IMG/VR virus record: IMGVR_UViG_3300023174_000045
Location: 124,001-188,000 of that record
Reading direction: 5' to 3' (one strand)
DNA: 64,000 nucleotides
In this document: one piece after another, positions 28,842 to 38,539 of the stretch
How the letters are laid out: each line of letters opens with the position of its first letter
Numbering within the stretch: the stretch's first letter is position 1
Made by a program: the position numbers and the translations under genes
Notes under the pieces: model-generated
What the model was told of the DNA's origin: nothing
Database searches by the model: none
Seen by the model: only the letters and a program-made list of their open reading frames with translations

Positions 28842-29129
28842 ATGTCAAGACCAAAGCCGCAAGTGCTGATTGAGCACACCAACAAACAAACTTACAAGAC
28901 TGAGCAAGTGCTGGCTAGTGAAGGCGTGTGGGCAGTGTTCTTTGATACCAAGCCCATTAATTTGAAAACCAGCAACTTGCTCACACAGTTTCCCGGGCCC
29001 AAGTACAAAAAAGTATCGTTCTCCAACCCCGGACACGCTATCAATTTGGCTCGCAAACTCAACACACAATTCCGAACAGACAAGTTTTCAGTAGTGCTGT
29101 TAATGCAAGGGGACAAGGTCTATCCATGA
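28842..29129 (+). CDS. Hypothetical protein
   Basis: SD GGAG. Confidence 0.75.
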   Translation: MSRPKPQVLIEHTNKQTYKTEQVLASEGVWAVFFDTKPINLKTSNLLTQFPGPKYKKVSFSNPGHAINLARKLNTQFRTDKFSVVLLMQGDKVYP

Positions 29130-30382
29130 TCAAAATCTATGCGCATCATGATGATAGCGGTAAGGTGGTCAGTATTCATGAAAAAAATCAACACAATATT
29201 TTCCCTGGCATAAAAAGTGATTCTTTAGTAAAGCATGGCTGGACCACTGACATGTTTGTCCAGCAATTAAAGCAAATACCAAATTCAGAAAATTATTTTA
29301 AAATTTGTATGTGGAATGAACAGATTCCAATAGCAGAACACGGCTATTACTTAATGCACTATGGAAATGATATCCAGGCAGAACAGCATTATGGTTTTAT
29401 TACTTTGCCGTCCATTATTATTGACCAAATCAATGATGGTACGTTGACCCTGTTGGTAGTCATGGTGTATGAGACTTTTGGCGCAGTTAGTCTTGCCAAG
29501 TGGCAAAATGATTTTTGTACTCATTTAAATTTTTTAGGTATACAAAGACATGGATCAGTAAAAGTAGTGCTGGGTGCGTACAGCCCTACTATGCAAAAGC
29601 ATGTAGACCAGCGTGTGTCATGGATCTTTTACCCATGGTTTGAAGCTGCCTTGCAAAGCCAAATCAAGGTCAGTGGTATTACCACCGTACCACGTGATGC
29701 ATTGTTGAAAAAGAAGTACAAGTTTTTAAGTTTAAACAAGAGACCTAGGCCCCAAAGATTTTTATTAACAGCCTGGCTAGAACATCTTCAGCTTGCTCAT
29801 CATGGGCATATATCTTGGCCATTGACTCATAGCAGAACATTAGATGAATTAACAACAAATCCATTGTACTCTTGTGGATTAAAGTTTTTTCCAAGAATAG
29901 AACGACATGTTCGTGAAGTCAACAAAATCATAGGCAGTTATCCAGATGCAGACAAACACCACGGGACGGATTGGTTGAGTTCAACATCGTTGTACAACGA
30001 TGTTGATTTTGAAATAGTAAATGAAACACATCACCAAAACATAGGCGACAATATATTTTTGACTGAAAAGACTTTTCGTGCAATTTACATGGGTGTACCA
30101 TTTATGATTTGTGGCAACCCTGGCAGTTTAGAGTTATTGAGAATGCTGGGTTACAAAACATTTCCCTCGGCATTTGATGAACAATATGATGAAATAATGT
30201 CTCCAGTAATGGCCATTAATTATGTCATTGATGAGGTACGTAAACACGCAATGACTAATTTGCCACTTAGTGGATTTGCGCATGATGAAATCTTACAAGC
30301 AACAAATCACAATCAACAACTTTTTCTAAGCAAACAACATGCTCAAAATATATTTGAGGTTATTCAAAAAAGTTACAGTTAA
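29126..30382 (+). CDS. Glycosyltransferase-like hypothetical protein
   Basis: FLSLNKRPR, ETH, TEKTFR, GYKTF. Confidence 0.45.
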   Translation: MIKIYAHHDDSGKVVSIHEKNQHNIFPGIKSDSLVKHGWTTDMFVQQLKQIPNSENYFKICMWNEQIPIAEHGYYLMHYGNDIQAEQHYGFITLPSIIIDQINDGTLTLLVVMVYETFGAVSLAKWQNDFCTHLNFLGIQRHGSVKVVLGAYSPTMQKHVDQRVSWIFYPWFEAALQSQIKVSGITTVPRDALLKKKYKFLSLNKRPRPQRFLLTAWLEHLQLAHHGHISWPLTHSRTLDELTTNPLYSCGLKFFPRIERHVREVNKIIGSYPDADKHHGTDWLSSTSLYNDVDFEIVNETHHQNIGDNIFLTEKTFRAIYMGVPFMICGNPGSLELLRMLGYKTFPSAFDEQYDEIMSPVMAINYVIDEVRKHAMTNLPLSGFAHDEILQATNHNQQLFLSKQHAQNIFEVIQKSYS

Positions 30383-30741
30383 TGTTAAACAAGCTGGTCC
30401 TTACCCAAGAGCTCATAACACGTTATCCCGATGCACCACCCTTGGATGAGGCCATGGCCACCTGGTGGCAAAACATAAGAGATGACGGTGGCTTGAGGCT
30501 CACTTACGAAGGCTTTTATGTGTTTGAAAATTTGCTGGAACTCAGCAGTTATTCTTTTGAGTTGCCAGAAAAATTGTTGACACCTAAAAACTTAATTGCA
30601 TTAGATCGACGTATGACCTGTCCTTACTACATGGTCAACAATCGCAAACTCAACAAATTGGTAATGTTTGGTAGTAAAGAAGCCATGATGGCTGTGTTAC
30701 ATGGCAACATGCAACAGTTTATCAACAGTTTGGGGTACTAA
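30382..30741 (+). CDS. Hypothetical protein
   Basis: TAATG overlap. Confidence 0.75.
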   Translation: MLNKLVLTQELITRYPDAPPLDEAMATWWQNIRDDGGLRLTYEGFYVFENLLELSSYSFELPEKLLTPKNLIALDRRMTCPYYMVNNRKLNKLVMFGSKEAMMAVLHGNMQQFINSLGY

Positions 30742-30767
30742 TTAAATACACACAAACAAGGCAACGC

Positions 30768-32183
30768 ATGGATATAAACAAAATGAAGCAATGGAAAATT
30801 GAAAATTTGGACTCCAAGAGTGCAACTTTTTGTGGATCCAAATGGTACAACGCCAGTGTATGGTTGAGCCAAGGCTGGACCACCAGCTGCCATCACAATC
30901 CGCCACATGCCATTGATGTAGATGCTATTGCCGCAAATCCCATGGCCATGCACAACACTCCCATAAAAAAACAAGAACGTGCCATGATGCAACAAGGGCT
31001 GAGACCCAAGAACTGCCAATTTTGCTGGGTAATGGAAGACACTGATCCAGACGCTCTCAGTGATCGAGTGTGGACCAGCTGGGGAGGTCAAATGACTCCC
31101 GAACAATTGGATTCAGCATTTAATCAAAGTGCCGATGACGATTTTGATTTGACTTATTTGGAGTTTGTTCCTGACCGTACATGTAATCTAGGTTGCAGTT
31201 ATTGTGCTCCAACCATTAGCACAACTTGGGCCCGAGACATCACACAGAATGGACCATACGAAAACTTGCCAACTGATCACCGCAACCATTACAAAACCAA
31301 TGGCAATGAGTTTGTTGATTACAAATACGGCGATGCAAATCCCTATGCTGATGCATTTTTCAAATGGTGGGATTCAAGTTTGCACAAGACCATCAAGCAG
31401 ATACGCATCAGCGGCGGCGAACCCATGATGTCAGGCCACACCTGGAAACTCATGGACTGGCTGTCTGAACACGCAGGCGAGGCTGACTGCCGAGTTGAAA
31501 TGACCACAAACTTGGCCTACGATCAAGACACACTCATGCGTTTCTTGGATGCTTGCAGTCGTGTGAGTGTGCCAATTTGGTTGTTTACCAGCGGTGAATG
31601 CACCGAGAAAAAAATTGAATATGTGAGAGATGGCCTGGACTGGGAATTGTGGAACAACAATATAGATCATGTATTGAATTCTGGAGTGATTGCCATGACT
31701 GGTATATGTGGTACACTGAGTGCGGCCAGTGCTGATGGGTTTACAGATTTTTTGTATTGGTTGGCCGACCGCAAACGCAATGCACCACACAATCCCAATA
31801 ACACAAATAGTCTCATGTTGTCTGTAAACCCGGTACGTTTTCCCACTTTTCAAAATGTTGTAATTTTACCGTCCGCATTACGCTTGGAGTACAGCCAAGA
31901 GATTGATAAATTTTTAGAGCAACGAGATATTGTTAGTTTGTTTGACCCTATTGAATTAGATCATATCAAACGATATTCTACATATCTACGTGAAGTCAAA
32001 GTACCACACGAAGAAACACAGATAACCCACACGCAAACTGAATATGCAGGTACTCTGCAAAATATTGACGTGGCAGCATTGGGTCGTGATTTCAAGAGTT
32101 TTTTCTCACAATACGATCAACGAAGAAATCAAAATTTTGTCAAAACATTTCCACGTCTCTCTGAATGGTATGCAGGCTTATGA
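30768..32183 (+). CDS. Radical SAM protein
   Basis: CNLGCSYC, SGGEP, TTN; extra N-terminal Cys cluster. Confidence 0.88.
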   Translation: MDINKMKQWKIENLDSKSATFCGSKWYNASVWLSQGWTTSCHHNPPHAIDVDAIAANPMAMHNTPIKKQERAMMQQGLRPKNCQFCWVMEDTDPDALSDRVWTSWGGQMTPEQLDSAFNQSADDDFDLTYLEFVPDRTCNLGCSYCAPTISTTWARDITQNGPYENLPTDHRNHYKTNGNEFVDYKYGDANPYADAFFKWWDSSLHKTIKQIRISGGEPMMSGHTWKLMDWLSEHAGEADCRVEMTTNLAYDQDTLMRFLDACSRVSVPIWLFTSGECTEKKIEYVRDGLDWELWNNNIDHVLNSGVIAMTGICGTLSAASADGFTDFLYWLADRKRNAPHNPNNTNSLMLSVNPVRFPTFQNVVILPSALRLEYSQEIDKFLEQRDIVSLFDPIELDHIKRYSTYLREVKVPHEETQITHTQTEYAGTLQNIDVAALGRDFKSFFSQYDQRRNQNFVKTFPRLSEWYAGL

Positions 32184-32992
32184 AAAATATAGTATTTGTA
32201 GGTGACAGCTATTGCAGTGCCTGGGGTGGTCCCAGTGGTAATCTTTACCAATGGTCTCGTCAACAAAAATTTATTCTTGGTGATCTTGACCGATGTAGTT
32301 GGTTGGATGTGTCTGCGGCCAAACTTGGACTTGATCTTTACAGTTTTGGATATGCTGGAGTCAGCTGGTATTACAGTCGATTACAATTATTTAATCATAT
32401 AGCATCAAACCCTGATTGGATTGAGAATGTAGCTGTTATGATATTTTGTCACACCGATTGTTGGAGATACAACACCGGCAGTGGGGACATAGGCGTAGAA
32501 ATGGCAAATCCAGATTATCAACCAGCTGATAAAAATCAATTTTACAAGGGCAAGATCAAAGCAGCCAAAGCCTACAAGACATGGTTATTGGATCTAATGG
32601 ATGTGGACTATCAATTTTGGGCGCAAGAACAATGGTTTCATGAAATAGCTAGAACATTTCAACATGTGCCACAAATGCATTTTTGTGCATTTCCTCACAA
32701 TGTGGATATTGCTAAAAAAATACTTCCTGGTATTGTGTTTACTACGCCGCTGGTGCATATCAGCCTTGGCGAAGCCACGGGCACAGACGTAGAAATTACG
32801 CAAAAATTTATGTTAACTGATCAACGAATCAATCATTTTAACATGCGAAACAACCAGGCCTTGGGCGAGTTGGTTGCAGACTCAATGCAAAATTATCAGC
32901 CCGGTGCAAGACCAATTGATACAGACAAGTTTGATATAATTAATCCAAACGCTGTCAACTGGCCAAATCCTGGATTTGGTACTGTTTTTTAG
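32180..32992 (+). CDS. SGNH/GDSL-like protein
   Basis: FVGDSYC, late NHF. Confidence 0.6.
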   Translation: MKNIVFVGDSYCSAWGGPSGNLYQWSRQQKFILGDLDRCSWLDVSAAKLGLDLYSFGYAGVSWYYSRLQLFNHIASNPDWIENVAVMIFCHTDCWRYNTGSGDIGVEMANPDYQPADKNQFYKGKIKAAKAYKTWLLDLMDVDYQFWAQEQWFHEIARTFQHVPQMHFCAFPHNVDIAKKILPGIVFTTPLVHISLGEATGTDVEITQKFMLTDQRINHFNMRNNQALGELVADSMQNYQPGARPIDTDKFDIINPNAVNWPNPGFGTVF

Positions 32993-33010
32993 TAGACTGA
33001 TTTAACAAAT

Positions 33011-33676
33011 TTATACAATATTGTATTGCTTGATGTGATTGGCCACACGTTCGGCCCAGGCACGTTGTGCCGCAGGTTCATAATGGAACCATCCAGGCGT
33101 GATTTCTTTGTAGTTGTTGCGGGCACACCAATGAACATAGGTCAAATCTTGATCGTATGGATTCATGAATCTGTTATTCCAATTCAAATGATACTGTGTG
33201 CAATGCAGTTTGAAATCATGAAAAGCATGGAAAAACACATGTGGAATATGCAGGTGTTCAAGGTATTTGTGCAAATTATAAATTCGCTCATGCCAGTACA
33301 AACTCAAGCCTGTGCGGTAATCTAAATTCAAAGTAGATTGGTTCCAGTGTTCTAACCGCATTAGATATTCAGCAGGCGGGGTTCTTCTTCCAATGCCTAA
33401 ATTGTTTATTTCTATCCATTCAGGACGGCCTTCATCTGTTACAAACCATTGCACCCTGGCATACTCACTCCAGCCTATCACAATCAAGTCCGGTGCAGTT
33501 TGATTTTGTACATACTGCATGGTGGTGTCATAGATGCGGTCATTGCTGGATCCTGTTAGGCTTAGATTGGTTTCTTGGCCGCCAAGCATGGAAGATAATT
33601 GTGTAGCGATTCCCAAAGAACGATCATCAAGTTCTTCTCCGCTCATGTTGCTGTCGCCGTTGAATAGTATTTTCAT
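33011..33676 (-). CDS. SGNH/GDSL-like protein
   Basis: FNGDS, GSSNDRI, FHY. Confidence 0.65.
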   Translation of the reverse strand: MKILFNGDSNMSGEELDDRSLGIATQLSSMLGGQETNLSLTGSSNDRIYDTTMQYVQNQTAPDLIVIGWSEYARVQWFVTDEGRPEWIEINNLGIGRRTPPAEYLMRLEHWNQSTLNLDYRTGLSLYWHERIYNLHKYLEHLHIPHVFFHAFHDFKLHCTQYHLNWNNRFMNPYDQDLTYVHWCARNNYKEITPGWFHYEPAAQRAWAERVANHIKQYNIV

Positions 33677-33770
33677 AGTCTGTTTAATTACCGTTGAGAT
33701 ATGCAATACTTATTGTTGCGGGCTAAGTTGGGTCAAAAAACCAATGCTGTGCAATGGTAATACTTTTTTA

Positions 33771-33827
33771 GTAATACTTTTATAGTACTACTTTTCGGTT
33801 GACCGAATATGCCCGAAATGCTATAAT
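33771..33827 (+). promoter_or_regulatory. Palindrome plus early promoter
   Basis: GTAATACT-5-AGTACTAC, TTGACC-17-TATAAT. Confidence 0.7.
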
Positions 33828-33833
33828 ACACAC

Positions 33834-34166
33834 ATGATGAGAAAGAAACGTGTTGATCGAACCCACATTGTGTACACAATCCAAATTGGATTGGAGTACT
33901 ACATTGGTATTACCGCTAAAACTCAGCGCACCATAAACATGTCGCTTCGTAGTCGTGTAAACAAGCACATCTACCGCGCCCGCACTGAAGACAAGAGCTG
34001 GAACCTGTACGAAGCAATTCGTGCCGCTGGCGAAGCCGCTGTAAACTACGCAATCGTGGACATTGTACGTGGCAAAGATGTTGCACACAAGCTCGAGCGC
34101 GAGTTAATACAAAAGTATACACCTGCACTGAACACTGATGTGCGTGTGAAATCGGTTGCTCAATAA
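33834..34166 (+). CDS. Small GIY-YIG-like nuclease domain protein
   Basis: IVYTI....YYIGIT, R...H, E..LI..Y.P.LN. Confidence 0.6.
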   Translation: MMRKKRVDRTHIVYTIQIGLEYYIGITAKTQRTINMSLRSRVNKHIYRARTEDKSWNLYEAIRAAGEAAVNYAIVDIVRGKDVAHKLERELIQKYTPALNTDVRVKSVAQ

Positions 34167-34184
34167 TTCACAAACTGTTATAAT
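34156..34184 (+). promoter_or_regulatory. Early promoter
   Basis: TTGCTC-17-TATAAT; leader CACATACAAAGCAAAAAGGAGCC shared with 55245. Confidence 0.7.
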
Positions 34185-34214
34185 AACCACATACAAAGCA
34201 AAAAGGAGCCGCAA

Positions 34215-34586
34215 ATGGAACAGTTCAAAAGTTGGGAAGACATGACTGCGCTCGAGCAAGCCCAATGCACTTATTGGGACATGTACAAGGACGCCTACGG
34301 CTACCGTCCCCGCGGTATTGACACCAGCACTTGGACCCTTGCAGACTTCGAACAGGAGTTTGCAAGCCTGGGCAGTGTGATTGAGCGTGAAGAGGCTGAC
34401 CGCAAGACTGCTGAAGCCGACGCCATTGTCAAGTTTGAAGATCGTGTAGCCAGCCTCATGCACACTGGCGCTGACCGTGAGCGTGTGATTGCCTGGCTCA
34501 TGGACGCCGAACACGCCAATGGCGATGACGAGTATTTTTGTTTCACGCAGGGCTTGCCCTACGGTTATTTTAGAAAGGCAGCATAA
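34215..34586 (+). CDS. Early hypothetical protein
   Basis: SD AAGGAG. Confidence 0.8.
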   Translation: MEQFKSWEDMTALEQAQCTYWDMYKDAYGYRPRGIDTSTWTLADFEQEFASLGSVIEREEADRKTAEADAIVKFEDRVASLMHTGADRERVIAWLMDAEHANGDDEYFCFTQGLPYGYFRKAA

Positions 34587-34795
34587 TGAAATTCACAGTT
34601 GATTACAATGACAAAATGCATCGTTGGGACGTGGTTCGTTGGGACACCACTGCGGAAGGTGCGTATGCTGGCACCACAGTGGACCGGTGTACCACACTAG
34701 ACGAAGCAGAAGAAATCTGTGCATACCACACAGACATGATGAACCCTGACTTGTGGGCAGACGTTGGTTGTGAATTTGATCGGGAGACAGCATAA
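34586..34795 (+). CDS. Hypothetical protein
   Basis: TAATG overlap. Confidence 0.7.
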   Translation: MKFTVDYNDKMHRWDVVRWDTTAEGAYAGTTVDRCTTLDEAEEICAYHTDMMNPDLWADVGCEFDRETA

Positions 34796-34968
34796 TGGCA
34801 GGCAAAGCAAAATCAGTTTATCTCACAATCACTGCCAAAGGCAGACTCAATGCAGTGTTTCGCAAAGTGTTTTTCAATGCCAGTGACTACAATGCCTACG
34901 TCAAAACTGACGGGTTCAAGGCACAATGGCCCGCCACAGAGTTTGATATCATAAAGGAAACATACTGA
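34795..34968 (+). CDS. 57-aa hypothetical protein
   Basis: TAATG overlap, SD GGAG; MAGKAKSVYL..., not in track. Confidence 0.65.
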   Translation: MAGKAKSVYLTITAKGRLNAVFRKVFFNASDYNAYVKTDGFKAQWPATEFDIIKETY

Positions 34969-34969
34969 C

Positions 34970-35365
34970 ATGATGCCCGCAGGAAAGTACTACATTGGTG
35001 ACTTGTGCTACGTTATGGACAATGACGAGTGGCGTGAACTTTGCAACATCATCATACAAGGTGAAAAGATTGCTGACGGGGAATTTGAACTGCCCGATGG
35101 CCGCAGGTTTGCCATCTACAGCACTGCCTACGGTGACGGCGAGTACTATGATCAATACGGTCATACATACAGTGTGGACGCAGGAAGTATTGGTTGTATC
35201 TTGATGTCAGATATTCGTGCCCACAAGTATGACAACATCTTGGACTTGGGTGCTGTGCAAGAGTTTGCCGAGCCGTTTGTGACTGGCTCACAAGGCGGAC
35301 AACTTGAGTTCGGACATGTGATAATTGAGACTGATGCTGTTGACTGGCACGAGGATGAACTATGA
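34970..35365 (+). CDS. Hypothetical protein
   Basis: YYIGDLCYV, DAGSIG. Confidence 0.75.
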   Translation: MMPAGKYYIGDLCYVMDNDEWRELCNIIIQGEKIADGEFELPDGRRFAIYSTAYGDGEYYDQYGHTYSVDAGSIGCILMSDIRAHKYDNILDLGAVQEFAEPFVTGSQGGQLEFGHVIIETDAVDWHEDEL

Positions 35366-35802
35366 CTAAAATTGTGATAAATCGATGCTATGGTGGGTTT
35401 GGCCTCAGTCACGAGGCTGTGCTGTCATATCTTGACAAGTGTGGCACACCGTTATGGACTGAGGCAACTGAAAAGTTTAGCACTCTAATCCCGTTCAACT
35501 ACTACTTGGTGCCACCAGAACAACGCATCGAAGGTAGCCCAGACAACTGGCATGAAATGACTCTGGCAGAACGTGCCGCACACAATGCCGCATACAGTGA
35601 AACCGTGTTCACTGATCGTGATGTGGCTCGTGATGATCCCTATCTAGTGGCAGTGGTTGAAGAGCTGGGCGATGCGGCCAGCGGACGTCATGCCAACCTC
35701 AAGGTTGTTGACGTTCCTGATGATGTCAACTGGTACATAGAGGACTATGATGGCCTAGAATGGGTGGCTGAACGGCACCGAACTTGGGGAGAAGATTTAT
35801 GA
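35362..35802 (+). CDS. Hypothetical protein
   Basis: KIVINRCYGGFGLS, RDDP.LV.VVEELG, YDG.E. Confidence 0.8.
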   Translation: MTKIVINRCYGGFGLSHEAVLSYLDKCGTPLWTEATEKFSTLIPFNYYLVPPEQRIEGSPDNWHEMTLAERAAHNAAYSETVFTDRDVARDDPYLVAVVEELGDAASGRHANLKVVDVPDDVNWYIEDYDGLEWVAERHRTWGEDL

Positions 35803-36017
35803 CAGCAACAAAAGCCACCGGCGTTGAAGGATGTTTAATACGCGGCCATGACGGCGAATATTACTTCCGTGTGTACGATGCTGAACACAATTTTGTGGAC
35901 TATGATTTGGCGCACACGGATTTGAGCATCACAATCACAGACCCAGATGCGTTCTTTTACAGCGATGAATACAGTGCTAGACTGGATCACGCACCTGCCA
36001 CACTGGGAATAGAATAA
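35799..36017 (+). CDS. Hypothetical protein
   Basis: ATGA overlap. Confidence 0.7.
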   Translation: MTATKATGVEGCLIRGHDGEYYFRVYDAEHNFVDYDLAHTDLSITITDPDAFFYSDEYSARLDHAPATLGIE

Positions 36018-36271
36018 TGGCCACCACTCCCGTTGACGACGACTTTGACATGCCCGATCTCACTGACGAGATGCTGTCGGAGTTCAAACCGCTGACTGAC
36101 TTGGCTCACACTGATCTGCACATGGGCGCGGCTGTAGTGCAACCATTCAACGCACCCAAAGTAGAGCCGTTTGATTGGGTCAGCGTCATTGCAAATGCCG
36201 CTGTGGGCGCAGGTTATCTGGTTGCTGTTTGGCTATTTGTGAAGGTATGGGCGTGGGTGTTGTTCAGTTAG
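36017..36271 (+). CDS. Hypothetical membrane protein
   Basis: C-terminal hydrophobic helix. Confidence 0.65.
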   Translation: MATTPVDDDFDMPDLTDEMLSEFKPLTDLAHTDLHMGAAVVQPFNAPKVEPFDWVSVIANAAVGAGYLVAVWLFVKVWAWVLFS

Positions 36272-36317
36272 GCAAAATTGCTCTAGCTAGGTCACAGGGC
36301 TAAAACGTTATATATAC

Positions 36318-36455
36318 ATGAAGCGAGAAATCATCAATCAAGTACGCGAGCTGTTAGAACGCAATCTCAGCACCGCAGAAATAGCGCACAGGATGGGCAT
36401 TGATTTGGACTTGGTCAAAATGGCCATAGACGTTATCAACCAACTGCTGACCTAA
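36318..36455 (+). CDS. 45-aa HTH-like protein
   Basis: LSTAEIAHRMGIDLDLV; not in track. Confidence 0.6.
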   Translation: MKREIINQVRELLERNLSTAEIAHRMGIDLDLVKMAIDVINQLLT

Positions 36456-36466
36456 CCCACTCTGGG

Positions 36467-36495
36467 TTGACTATAAATAAAATTCCTGTTACAAT
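36467..36495 (+). promoter_or_regulatory. Promoter for first tRNA block
   Basis: TTGACT-17-TACAAT. Confidence 0.7.
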
Positions 36496-36503
36496 ACATT
36501 ATT

Positions 36504-36578
36504 GGGCTGATAGCTTAATGGTAAAGCAGTCGACTCATAATCGATTGAGTCTAGGTTCAATTCCTAGTCAGCCCACCA
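36504..36578 (+). tRNA. tRNA CAT, Ile2-like (or Met)
   Basis: Cloverleaf, CGACTCATAATCG arm as in ileX, CCA. Confidence 0.85.
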
Positions 36579-36581
36579 ACA

Positions 36582-36656
36582 CTGGCGTTAGTATAATGGA
36601 TAATACAAAGAGCTTCTACCTCTTGAATGTGGGTTCGATTCCTGCACGCCGGACCA
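36582..36656 (+). tRNA. tRNA-Arg(TCT)
   Basis: Cloverleaf, CCA. Confidence 0.9.
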
Positions 36657-36670
36657 GTAAATACAACAGT

Positions 36671-36753
36671 GCGGGTGTGGTGGAATTGGTAGACACACCT
36701 GGTTTAAGCCCAGACGCTAAGGCGTGAGAGTTCAAGTCTCTCCACCCGTACCA
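36671..36753 (+). tRNA. tRNA-Leu(TAA)
   Basis: Cloverleaf with variable arm, CCA. Confidence 0.9.
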
Positions 36754-36764
36754 AAGGAACAATC

Positions 36765-37238
36765 ATGAGCGATATCAAAATTGAACCACATCATGACAGC
36801 GAAGGCACTGAAGATGACTTCTTTGATGACTTTCGTGCCAATGTGGCTCGATTAGAAGCCGAGCGCCGAGCCAGTGATGAGTTTAAAATCAACAACATGG
36901 AATATGACATGAGCCAGGCCGAGTGGTTTGTAAGCAAGGTGCGTGGCAGTGACAACTACGCACAGAACTTGTATGCTGCCATGTGCAACAACAGTTTTCA
37001 AAAGCAAGATGTTTGGCTGGTGCTGAAAGATGCGCACTGGAGTTGTAGTTGGCGTTACGCTGGTGGTGTTGTGGCTGACTTTAGAGATTGCAACGAAGAC
37101 TACATGAACTGGTACTGCTCAGGCATTGGTCCCAAAGAAGACACTGAGTTTGTGGGCGAAGGCACAGTCACAGACGAAATAGCCGCAGATTTGGCACTCC
37201 TGGGATGGCGTGTGATTGAAGATCCCGACAGCGAATAA
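36765..37238 (+). CDS. Hypothetical protein
   Basis: SD AAGGA. Confidence 0.75.
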   Translation: MSDIKIEPHHDSEGTEDDFFDDFRANVARLEAERRASDEFKINNMEYDMSQAEWFVSKVRGSDNYAQNLYAAMCNNSFQKQDVWLVLKDAHWSCSWRYAGGVVADFRDCNEDYMNWYCSGIGPKEDTEFVGEGTVTDEIAADLALLGWRVIEDPDSE

Positions 37239-37242
37239 CAGC

Positions 37243-37860
37243 ATGTACAAATACACCAATGCTACCCCCGATTGGCTGTATCAACAGCCAAATTTAAGTG
37301 TTGATGCATTACCGATTATCAAAAAAGAATTACTAACATTGTTTGAGTTGAGCAAAGAATTCAGTTTGGTTCCTTATACCAGCACATACATGGAAACGGG
37401 CAACAACGAGTTCATAGATCAGTACTGTCCAACATTGTGCAAAGAATTGAAAAAATTAAACCTACGAGATTCACTCAAGGTATTGGCATTTATTTCTGTT
37501 GTGATAGACAAACATTTTCCCGCCCATGTAGACGCTGAGTCAGAAGTGGCGTTGAATATTCCTTTGATCAACTGCGATGGTACCTATACTGTTTGGTACG
37601 ACGGCCAGACACAGTCAAAAGAATTTGACGATTATTTGATAGGCGTAGAATCTGCAAGAACTGCAATAGAAGGAACTGCTGATAGTTTGATAGAAATTGA
37701 TCGCTGCGAGGCCAACGTACCACGTTGGATCAATGTGAATGTGTTGCATAGACCTGAAACACAGCATGACAAATTAAGAGTTGCGGCTAGTTTGCGTTTT
37801 GATCCCGAACCATTGGACAATCATAGGCAGCTTTGGTCGCATTTGACAGTGTCAAAATGA
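37243..37860 (+). CDS. 2OG-Fe(II) oxygenase-like
   Basis: PAHVD, LNIPL, HRP, RVAASLRF. Confidence 0.65.
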   Translation: MYKYTNATPDWLYQQPNLSVDALPIIKKELLTLFELSKEFSLVPYTSTYMETGNNEFIDQYCPTLCKELKKLNLRDSLKVLAFISVVIDKHFPAHVDAESEVALNIPLINCDGTYTVWYDGQTQSKEFDDYLIGVESARTAIEGTADSLIEIDRCEANVPRWINVNVLHRPETQHDKLRVAASLRFDPEPLDNHRQLWSHLTVSK

Positions 37861-37871
37861 ACATGTTGAAA

Positions 37872-37900
37872 TTGACTGTAAACTTGTGTTTTGTTATAAT
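37872..37900 (+). promoter_or_regulatory. sigma70-type promoter
   Basis: TTGACT-17-TATAAT. Confidence 0.75.
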
Positions 37901-37992
37901 ACTAGCAGTGACGTTCACAAGCTATCAAAATCTAGCTGTAGACATCGGTCAAGCCTGGAGTTTGTGTAAATAACAGTCAACCGGAGACTGCT

Positions 37993-38148
37993 ATGAATTT
38001 GGTCAAATATCGAGATGCTGAGATGTGGACGTATACTTGGTTTTATGTGGGTGATACCGGACACATTGTGAGTCCGTATTTTGAAACAGAAAAACAAGCT
38101 CAGGAGTGGTTTGATCAAATTTTTGAAGGTGTTGAGGAGCAGTTATGA
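37993..38148 (+). CDS. 51-aa hypothetical protein
   Basis: SD GGAG, ATGA overlap with next gene. Confidence 0.6.
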   Translation: MNLVKYRDAEMWTYTWFYVGDTGHIVSPYFETEKQAQEWFDQIFEGVEEQL

Positions 38149-38537
38149 AAAAAGTGTTATTTGGTTTGTTATTGGTATCTGGTACAGTTCTGGCACAAGA
38201 TGTGTATGTGGTGGGCGCCCAGCCCAGGTATGTTACTGTGCAACAACAACAATGTCATGTAGTCAACGTGACTGAAAACAACAGCGGCGTTGGCACTGTG
38301 ATTGGTGCTGTGGCTGGTGGTGTAATCGGACATCAAGTGGGTCGTGGGTTTGGTCGCGATGTGGCCACTGTGTTGGGCACCGGCATTGGCGCTTCGGTGG
38401 GACAACGCATTGGACAAGATCAACAACAAACAGTGACCAAGCAAGTTTGTGACATGGTACCAGTTGTCATACAACAAGGTGAAACTGTGACATTTAATTA
38501 CAAGGGACGAGTGTTTACACAAGTTTTTGGTAATTAA
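38145..38537 (+). CDS. Secreted glycine-zipper 2TM protein (YcfJ-like)
   Basis: Signal peptide, GAVAGGVIGHQVGRG. Confidence 0.8.
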   Translation: MKKVLFGLLLVSGTVLAQDVYVVGAQPRYVTVQQQQCHVVNVTENNSGVGTVIGAVAGGVIGHQVGRGFGRDVATVLGTGIGASVGQRIGQDQQQTVTKQVCDMVPVVIQQGETVTFNYKGRVFTQVFGN

Positions 38538-38539
38538 AG

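Noticed and set aside
183-33785. Many antisense and alternate-frame ORFs inside long genes
   Set aside because: Shadow ORFs of well-supported genes; no SD or motifs.
36467-36727. Track ORFs overlapping tRNA/ncRNA genes (also 40002-40538, 40231-40431, 40763-41116, 42427-43070, 43440-43672, 44032-44310; 5' extensions 42901, 44168, 44332, 45759)
   Set aside because: They run through clear cloverleafs; real CDS starts were reassigned downstream.
37905-37992. Possible structured leader (AGCAGT/ACTGCT) after the 37872 promoter
   Set aside because: Only short, weak helices and no terminator or recognisable aptamer.
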